Both the position numbers and the translations under genes were made by a program. From Candidatus Kaiserbacteria bacterium (GTDB lineage: Bacteria > Patescibacteriota > Minisyncoccia > Phycocordibacterales > UBA2100): a stretch of 64,000 nt of DNA. Numbering within the stretch: the first letter of the stretch is position 1; each line of letters begins with the position of its first letter. The DNA lies in contig CP070993.1 in assembly GCA_017134395.1 (NCBI GenBank), positions 526,199 to 590,198 of the forward strand. Reading direction: 5' to 3'. Below are positions 9,938 through 16,403 of the stretch, piece after piece. Under the pieces are notes generated by a model. The model was given only the letters and a program-made list of their open reading frames with translations. It was not told the origin of the DNA and made no database searches.

Positions 9938-9944
9938 CACTCTC

Positions 9945-10109
9945 ACTTGCGGCTATATGAAACAAGCATATAGCCGCGGCGTTCAGACACAATGTCTACG
10001 CAAAGCGCATTGATGTCCCCCGATTTCACGTTCTTGTAAGCGAGCTTCCAGAAACATGAAATCGGAGCACATCTTTCTGCAAAATGCAGAAGCGCTCTGC
10101 TCTTCATTT
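9945..10109 (+). ncRNA. Candidate structured leader of tRNA-Gly(GCC)
   Basis: Several hairpins, the first GCGGCTATATG-AAACAAG-CATATAGCCGC copying the tRNA acceptor stem. Confidence 0.45.
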
Positions 10110-10180
10110 GCGGCTATAGTTTAGTGGTATGACACGTCCTTGCCAAGGATGAGACGGGAGTTCGATTCTCCCTAGCCGCA
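10110..10180 (+). tRNA. tRNA-Gly(GCC), A73, CCA not encoded
   Basis: GCGGCTA/TAGCCGC acceptor, CGTCC-TTGCCAA-GGATG anticodon arm, GTTCGATTC T-loop. Confidence 0.95.
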
Positions 10181-10181
10181 C

Positions 10182-10368
10182 AAATACACAGAAAGACTAG
10201 GTTCTCGCCTAGTCTTTCTGTGTATTTAGGCATTGTGCATAGAGAATCGAAAGACGGAAGCCTGCGTGCCTAAGCACGAGTAAGGGCTGAGTCCGGCCTG
10301 GAGCACTTAGTAGAATTAAGCCTGAAAGGCGCAAATTATACTTAGTGACTGGAGGCGATTCTCCCTAG
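10182..10368 (+). repeat. tRNA-Gly trailer with the same architecture as the tRNA-Arg trailer
   Basis: Hairpin, then GAGAATCGAA (antisense to tRNA 10161-10170), shared GAG(C/T)ACTTAG...CTTAGT(G)ACTGG core, and sense copy CGATTCTCCCTAG at 10356-10368. Confidence 0.75.
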
Positions 10369-10410
10369 AAAACTGACCAATTCTGGCCAGTTTATACTCG
10401 GAAGGTTTTT

Positions 10411-10545
10411 TAAAGGACAAAATTTGTTGATAACTCTGGGGATAGGTGGATAAAGGACATTTCTAACGGACATAAAAATGTCCGTTATCCCCAAAAATGT
10501 CCTTTATCAACAGACTTATGAACAGTTTTATCTTATTTGTGCACA
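10411..10545. repeat. Cluster 2 of TAA(A/C)GGACA(T/A) repeats interleaved with DnaA-box-like 9-mers
   Basis: 5 motif copies; TGTTGATAA, TGGGGATAG, GGTGGATAA, TTATCCCCA, TTATCAACA, TTATGAACA. Confidence 0.75.
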
Positions 10546-10549
10546 TTTG

Positions 10550-11785
10550 TGTTTCATAAGAAACAATATGAACTTTTCCTAGTATTAGAGCCATTTAACT
10601 CTTCCACATGTTTTCACGTGAAAACATAGAGAAGATTTAGGACAAGAATGGATGTTGAGGGTGTGAAACAAGCGGGTTCAAAATGACATATTTTCTCTAT
10701 TTTTGCACGTTTGGCCCTAGTTAGTGTGACTTACTGTACTTATTAGTATTTCACGTGAAACTATGAAGTGAGTGAAGAATGCTTGTGTTTAACTGGCTCA
10801 CCACAGTGTTTACATCGGATTGCGTCGATATCATGAGCGCTTAAGCCACAATTTGGGCATGTATAGTGCACTTTTGCCCCATGAAATATAGTTCTCGTAA
10901 GTTGCAAAAAGAGGGTAATACCTATAAGCATAGCCACCACAGAGAGCATTTTGCCCCACGGTCCTGCAGCTGTGACGTCACCATAGCCAGTTGTTGTAAG
11001 GGTGGAAACAGTGAAGTATAGTGCATCAAGGTAGGAATTTATATGTGGATTGAATTGTGCTTCAGCAACAAAGACTATGGCTGTCATTATTGCGAGAAAC
11101 ACAAAGAAGTTGAGTAGACTTTCAAGAGTTGCGCTGTATTGGTAGATAGTTTTGCTCTCTTTTTTGGCTAAATTCACCAAGTAGTAGGTGCGAAGGATCT
11201 TGAGTGAGCGCAAAACTCGCAAAAGTGCCAAGTTTCCTACCAAAAGTGGTGCAAAGAGTGAGACAATGACTAAAATATCTATTACGCTAAAGACGTTAAA
11301 GACAAACGAGAGCCTTCGGGGTGAAATCCATAAGCGCGCAAGATACTCTAAGAGGAAAAGAGTACCAAATACAATTTCCAGCACCTTCGTGAAAGAATGT
11401 CCTGGATTTGCAGCTTCTAATAGGAAAATGCCAAAAACTGCTACGTTTAAGAGGATAAGCACCCGGTTAAAGATAATGCTTTTACGAGTGCGCTTGTGAA
11501 AGAGAGTAGTGAGTTGCTTTTTTACTTTGGGAAAAGAACTTTTCTTCATTACAATATGCTAGCATAGTTTCACGTGAAATCATGAGTAGAAACAAAGATA
11601 TTGGGAATACTGGAGAGCACATAGCCGCACGTTTTTTAGAGACGAAGGGGTTTTCTATTTTAGGTAAGAATTACAGCAAGAAATGGGGTGAACTCGACAT
11701 TATTGCTAAGAAAGAAGGAGTAGTGCATTTTGTGGAAGTAAAAACAATTTCACGTGAAACTCAAAACATAGTTTCACGTGAAAAT
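10550..11785. promoter_or_regulatory. parS: Cluster of parS-like palindromes (core TTTCACGTGAAA)
   Basis: Copies at 10608-10627, 10747-10762, 11566-11581, 11746-11761 and 11770-11785, plus variant TGTTTCATAAGAAACA at 10550-10565; match to the universal parS TGTTTCACGTGAAACA. Confidence 0.8.
10761..11549 (-). CDS. 6-TM potassium channel / ion transporter with C-terminal Zn ribbon
   Basis: TLTTTGYGD selectivity filter, S4-like LRVLRSLKILR, CPNC...CKHC. Confidence 0.9.
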   Translation of the reverse strand: MKKSSFPKVKKQLTTLFHKRTRKSIIFNRVLILLNVAVFGIFLLEAANPGHSFTKVLEIVFGTLFLLEYLARLWISPRRLSFVFNVFSVIDILVIVSLFAPLLVGNLALLRVLRSLKILRTYYLVNLAKKESKTIYQYSATLESLLNFFVFLAIMTAIVFVAEAQFNPHINSYLDALYFTVSTLTTTGYGDVTAAGPWGKMLSVVAMLIGITLFLQLTRTIFHGAKVHYTCPNCGLSAHDIDAIRCKHCGEPVKHKHSSLTS

Positions 11786-11968
11786 AATTCTGCGTATAGA
11801 GCGGAAGAGAATATGCATAAGAAAAAGATAGAGCGTTTACATAGGGCTATTCAGAGTTATATAGAGGAGTTCAATGTAAAAGAGGATTGGCAGTTAGATT
11901 TAGTGACTGTAGTTCTTTTTATAAAGGACAAAAAAGCTGAGTGTCGATTTGTAGAAAATGTCCTTTAG
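11582..11968 (+). CDS. yraN: YraN family (UPF0102) PD-(D/E)XK nuclease-fold protein
   Basis: GNTGEHIAARFL, GELDIIA, HFVEVKT, QLDLV. Confidence 0.9.
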   Translation: MSRNKDIGNTGEHIAARFLETKGFSILGKNYSKKWGELDIIAKKEGVVHFVEVKTISRETQNIVSRENNSAYRAEENMHKKKIERLHRAIQSYIEEFNVKEDWQLDLVTVVLFIKDKKAECRFVENVL

Positions 11969-11994
11969 ATTATAAAGGACATTCTTACGGACAT
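11922..11994. repeat. Cluster 3 of TAA(A/C)GGACA(T/A) repeats
   Basis: TAAAGGACAA, ATGTCCTTTA, TAAAGGACAT, TTACGGACAT; the first two lie inside the yraN 3' end. Confidence 0.75.
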
Positions 11995-12150
11995 TTTAAA
12001 TAGAGAATTCAGTGCTGCACAAGATAATAAAGAGACTCAGACCTATGATCTAATATATTGGAAGAATGAAGAAATGTGTGCAATAATGCCCCCGACCCAA
12101 AAGCACTCATTGTTTCATTAGTGTTCGTAACTGAATGGGTCATACGCTAT

Positions 12151-12224
12151 CGGGGCGTAGCATAGTGGTAGTGTACTCGCTTTGGGAGCGAGCGGTCCGA
12201 GTTCGATTCTCGGCGCCCCGACCA
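12151..12224 (+). tRNA. tRNA-Pro(TGG), CCA encoded
   Basis: CGGGGCG/CGCCCCG acceptor, CTCGC-TTTGGGA-GCGAG anticodon arm, ACCA end. Confidence 0.95.
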
Positions 12225-12325
12225 AAATCTTAAAGTCCATGCGCAGCATGGGCTTTTTAGATTCTAATTTGTATATCTGCAGTAGAGAAACTTGACAGTA
12301 TTATGGCTGGCAGTATCTTATATAT

Positions 12326-12403
12326 ATGCACGTGAACATACATAAGATTATATTTCTGAATCTGATTGGTCTCAGCGAGGCATCTGTGTGGGTACGAGTA
12401 TAA
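12326..12403 (+). CDS. Candidate leaderless 25-aa peptide MHVNIHKIIFLNLIGLSEASVWVRV
   Basis: TTGACA-16nt-TATCTT promoter 6 nt upstream of ATG; terminator CCCGC-ACAAA-GCGGG then CTTTTTG downstream. Confidence 0.35.
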   Translation: MHVNIHKIIFLNLIGLSEASVWVRV

Positions 12404-12535
12404 ATATAAAAAATTTTAAACTCAAGCACCCGCACAAAGCGGGCTTTTTGTTTGGTTTTTCAGTCAGTGTATATAACGTTTTGGTATGTACTGACTGGGG
12501 AAGCAATGAGGCTTTTTCAGAAAAAGGAGGTCAAT

Positions 12536-12721
12536 ATGACCGAAAGAGAACGACATTCGGAGGACCCCGTCCTAACCACCAATGGGATTGATGGTATGAG
12601 TGAGGGGGATGAATTGGACAAACCCAACGAAAATACTGCGCCTGTAGTACATAAATTGGGATGGGATCCGGAAGAGCCGGGTGAGAATCTTTCAGACAAA
12701 CGCTGTCGTTTAGGCGGCTGA
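12536..12721 (+). CDS. Small acidic hypothetical protein (61 aa, ends RLGG)
   Basis: Strong SD AAAGGAGG 5 nt before ATG. Confidence 0.5.
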   Translation: MTERERHSEDPVLTTNGIDGMSEGDELDKPNENTAPVVHKLGWDPEEPGENLSDKRCRLGG

Positions 12722-12763
12722 ACCTTCTGCGAGCGTGGCGGAGACATCTCTGTCACGCTCGTT

Positions 12764-13930
12764 TTATATTGGGAAGTAGGGGAGTAGGTTTGGTACAGTA
12801 GTTTCTCCAAACTCCTGTACACGATTTTCAAAGTCACCGATATTTAGAAAGGATAAGAGAGTATTTCCGGTGTGTATTTGCAGACTTCTATCAATATGCG
12901 AAAGAGTGAGCGCACGCAAGTCGCGCTCTGCTGTAGTATTTCCTACACTGCTGGTCACAATAATTCCAACCAATTTGTTCCATTGGTTCATTACTGCTCC
13001 GCCTGAGGACCCACCTTGAGCAACGATTGTCCCACCAAGTGATAGAATATCGATGAGAGCTTCTGAGAACGTATACACTTTCTGTATTTCTACTGTTGTC
13101 GATACCGGCCAGAGGCCTCGTTGTAAGAGCGCGCTACCTAGAAAGCCTGCTGGATAACTAGCGAGTAATACAGGATCATTCATTGTGGTAACTGCTTCTC
13201 GTGTGTCGAACGATACGAAAGGAAAAGTGAGCGGCTTTTCAGTCCCGTCTGTAGTACCAGTTATGTAGAGAAGCGCCCAATCATGTTCTCCAGTTCCTGT
13301 TGGTGTCTCCAATTGTAAATCTTTGCCATGATTTTGTGCCCACATATACGGGAAAGTAAGTATCTCAGCAGTGTATTTTGTTTTGGCGGGGGATCCAGAG
13401 CGTATAACACACGAAATAATGGCGTTAGGGTGCTCTTTCACTAGCAAATATTGTGCCACATGTGCGTTGGTAAGAATTACTCCTCGTGGATCGATTATAA
13501 TCCCGCTACCTATTGCGCCAGATACAGACGAACCAGGTGTGCTAGCACAGAGTATGTTTACTAAGGCAGGGGAGGAGACAGTATTTACAACTTCTAAAGG
13601 AAGCGGTGGAGTTTCGTAAAATGAAGGTGTCGGAGTCGGTGCCTCTATGATTGGCGAAGTGACTATAATTTCTGATTCGATAATTATTTCGGGAGTGATC
13701 TCTACGCCAGCTGGCAGATTTATATGCTCCGACTCTATTTGTGGCTCTTGTAATACAGCAGGTTCTTCAATTAGCTCTTCATCAACTACAAGAGTCGCAC
13801 TTTGCTCTATTGAGCTTATTACGGCACCTTGTTGCGTGTATCCAGGTATAAACGTAGAAACGGCTAATAACGTAGCAGTGGCTACACTGGCTAGGAATAG
13901 ATAGATTGTAGTAATAAGGCTCTCTAACAT
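12764..13930 (-). CDS. Membrane-anchored trypsin-like (S1) serine protease
   Basis: N-terminal TM; GSGIIIDPRGVILTNAHVA (His), HDWALL (Asp), GGSSGG (Ser). Confidence 0.85.
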   Translation of the reverse strand: MLESLITTIYLFLASVATATLLAVSTFIPGYTQQGAVISSIEQSATLVVDEELIEEPAVLQEPQIESEHINLPAGVEITPEIIIESEIIVTSPIIEAPTPTPSFYETPPLPLEVVNTVSSPALVNILCASTPGSSVSGAIGSGIIIDPRGVILTNAHVAQYLLVKEHPNAIISCVIRSGSPAKTKYTAEILTFPYMWAQNHGKDLQLETPTGTGEHDWALLYITGTTDGTEKPLTFPFVSFDTREAVTTMNDPVLLASYPAGFLGSALLQRGLWPVSTTVEIQKVYTFSEALIDILSLGGTIVAQGGSSGGAVMNQWNKLVGIIVTSSVGNTTAERDLRALTLSHIDRSLQIHTGNTLLSFLNIGDFENRVQEFGETTVPNLLPYFPI

Positions 13931-14090
13931 GCCGATAGCATACACGTGCTTGAGCTTGAGAGCCAGTCTGGTAGTATGTGCCTTGTCCTAATAAGACATG
14001 TGGGCGTAGTTACGTGCAAAATAACTATCCCACAACAGCCTTGCTGTTGTAGATTCGGGTAGTGGACACAGTAGAAGGGTAGAGATAATT

Positions 14091-14161
14091 GCGGGTGTAG
14101 TTAAGTGGTATAACAACAGCCTTCCAAGCTGTGGTCGGGAGTTCGATTCTCCCCACCCGCA
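14091..14161 (+). tRNA. tRNA-Gly(TCC), A73, CCA not encoded
   Basis: GCGGGTG/CACCCGC acceptor, ACAGC-CTTCCAA-GCTGT anticodon arm. Confidence 0.95.
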
Positions 14162-14337
14162 CATTAGAAGACAGCTACATTGATTTCAGAGAAGACCCTT
14201 GTAACTAGCGGTGGATTTCACTGGAATGTTCGAGTGTATAAGACAGTACGTACGTGGTGCTCGTAATATGTAGAGCTAGAGCCTTTTGAAAGTTCGAGAA
14301 GTTGCCAACTCTTGGGGGCATTGCTGTTCGTATACTG

Positions 14338-14472
14338 CTATTCCAATGGTAGCTCGTTCTCATCTTTGTCTTTCCACGGCCACGAATTCTCTCGTTCCAT
14401 GCGTTCATATTCACGCGTACACAGCAAAAAGTACTGTTCAAGTTCTGGTGGCAAGTTGCTCTCATTTTCCAT
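14338..14472 (-). CDS. Candidate 44-aa protein MENESNLPPELEQYFLLCTREYERMERENSWPWKDKDENELPLE
   Basis: Hand-translated ORF below the track cutoff, with protein-like composition, next to the tRNA 3' end. Confidence 0.4.
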   Translation of the reverse strand: MENESNLPPELEQYFLLCTREYERMERENSWPWKDKDENELPLE

Positions 14473-14571
14473 AGAGACATGATACCGCATTAATTCTATT
14501 TCGATATTTTTCAGCAACTAATAAAGAAAACCCAGTCACCGTTAAGTGTCTGGGTTTTATGGCGGAGCCAA

Positions 14572-14808
14572 TTAGGATTGGCTTTTCGAGCCGCGTTCAA
14601 TGCCGAGCAGAGTGATTGCATCGCACACTGATGACTCATCGTACATCTCGCAAGCGTCATTGATTGCTGAGACGTGAATGAAGCCATTCGGACTAACTTC
14701 CAAGACGAGCTTTTGGTAAGCAGGACTCGTCCTGACTTCAGCGTCCCAACCATCCTTGAATTTTTTGAGATTTTGCAACGCTTGCTCCGGTGAAACCGAG
14801 CATGTCAT
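14572..14808 (-). CDS. Hypothetical protein (78 aa)
   Basis: AAGGAG SD before ATG of MTCSVSPEQ; hairpin terminator at about 14527-14558. Confidence 0.55.
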   Translation of the reverse strand: MTCSVSPEQALQNLKKFKDGWDAEVRTSPAYQKLVLEVSPNGFIHVSAINDACEMYDESSVCDAITLLGIERGSKSQS

Positions 14809-15177
14809 GACATTCTCCTTTTGGTTGCTGATAGCAAGTGCCGAGCGTTCAATCAGCAGCGGCTGGCAACAACCAAATAAATGCGTGTAGAGACTACCAT
14901 ATAACCCAAAAAAATACCATGTTTTACATACCAACTGCCTCTGTTCCCTATGTTTTGGTTCGGGGTTTGTGGATGAGCCTTGAAACAGCATCAATGGCTT
15001 CCGATGAAGTAACCGCAGCCACTAATTCCTCGAAGTCTAAATTTGTCACCTGCTGTGGTCTTCGAGAAGTGGCTCGACCTTGTGCACATATATAACAAAA
15101 GACTGGGCAAAAATCCAGTCTTTTGTTATATAAAAACCCCCGCTCGTGCGGGGGTTTTTATTTAAATAGGAAGAAAA

Positions 15178-15456
15178 TTATGCTCCCTTAACTGCGTCCT
15201 TAAGTGCCTTAGCTGCGCGGAACTTAGGTACTCGCATTGCTGCGATCTGGATAGATTCACCAGTTCGCGGGTTGCGTCCTGTTCGTGCTGCTCGCATCTT
15301 AGCTTCGAAGATACCCAATCCTGCGATTGATACTTCGTCACCGCTCTTAAGACCATCTACGATACCGTCGATGATAGCTTCAACAGCGCGTTCTGCGTCT
15401 GCTTTTGTACCTCCGAGTACATCGTGTACTTTGTCTGCAAGTGCTGCTTTATTCAT
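15178..15456 (-). CDS. hup: DNA-binding protein HU
   Basis: MNKAAL..., GLGIF, RAARTGRNPRTGE, PKFRAAKALKDAV; two terminator hairpins downstream (15090-15161). Confidence 0.97.
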   Translation of the reverse strand: MNKAALADKVHDVLGGTKADAERAVEAIIDGIVDGLKSGDEVSIAGLGIFEAKMRAARTGRNPRTGESIQIAAMRVPKFRAAKALKDAVKGA

Positions 15457-15545
15457 AGTATTTTTATTATTGTGATAAAAGCGACCTTATGTCTCAAAGC
15501 ATTATATAGAGCGGTCTATTTTGTGCAATAGGAAGAGGGTACTTA

Positions 15546-16394
15546 CTATTTATCAAAATTCTTTCGATATAAACTTTTTTTGTACGTTCCGAGCACAGAA
15601 ATATGCTTGGTGTGGTCTTCTAATTCCTCAAGAGCCTCTTTAAGAGGTGACTCGTCTGCCTTTCCAAGACATTCAAGGTAGAAGTGAGCTTCTTTATGGC
15701 GTTGCATAGGAACAAAGCTTTCTAGCTTTATGATGTTTATTTCATGTTTAGCAAAAGAACCGAGAGATTCGTATAGTGCTGCTGGATTGTCTAGCACGTC
15801 GTATACAATACTGGTTATGCAATCACCATTTAGTGGCTTATCTACAGGGTTTTTTGTCAGTATAAGAAATCGCGTGACGTTATCGTTGGAATCTTGCATA
15901 TTCTCTTGCAGAACATGGACTGTGTCATATAGGGTTGCTGCGTATACTGAAGCAAGTGCTGCATAGGCCTTATTTCCAGTATCAGAAATGAAGGAAACAG
16001 CTTTAGCGGTGTCCCCATACGGAACTGGCTCTATATTAAGAGATCGTAAATTTTTTGTACATTGTGAAAGCGCTTCACGATGACTATACACTTGTTTTAC
16101 GTCTTTGAGCGAAGTTCCCTTTAAAGCTATAAGAGCATGACGAATAGGTAGAAAATGCTCAGCGATGACTGTCAAGCCGCTTTTTGGCAACAAATGATGT
16201 AAATCTGCAACACGCCCTGCTGTTGAATTTTCAATAGGAAGAAGCGCGTGAGTCGCTTCCGCGTTCTTAACTGCTTCGATAACTGCATCAAACGTAGGGT
16301 AGCCAACACGCCCTGCTGTAGGGTCATATTCTGCAGCAGCAATACTCGAATAGGAACCTTCGACACCTTGATAGGCTATTTTTAGGTTCTGCAT
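15546..16394 (-). CDS. pheA: Prephenate dehydratase with ACT domain
   Basis: IAYQGVEGSYS, PIENST, VYSHREALSQC, NVTRF catalytic motif, INIIKLES. Confidence 0.93.
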   Translation of the reverse strand: MQNLKIAYQGVEGSYSSIAAAEYDPTAGRVGYPTFDAVIEAVKNAEATHALLPIENSTAGRVADLHHLLPKSGLTVIAEHFLPIRHALIALKGTSLKDVKQVYSHREALSQCTKNLRSLNIEPVPYGDTAKAVSFISDTGNKAYAALASVYAATLYDTVHVLQENMQDSNDNVTRFLILTKNPVDKPLNGDCITSIVYDVLDNPAALYESLGSFAKHEINIIKLESFVPMQRHKEAHFYLECLGKADESPLKEALEELEDHTKHISVLGTYKKSLYRKNFDK

Positions 16395-16403
16395 ACAGTG
16401 GAA

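Noticed and set aside
7625-11994. CRISPR array interpretation of the GGACA or parS repeats
   Set aside because: Repeats are 10-16 bp, in mixed orientation and irregularly spaced, and there are no cas genes.
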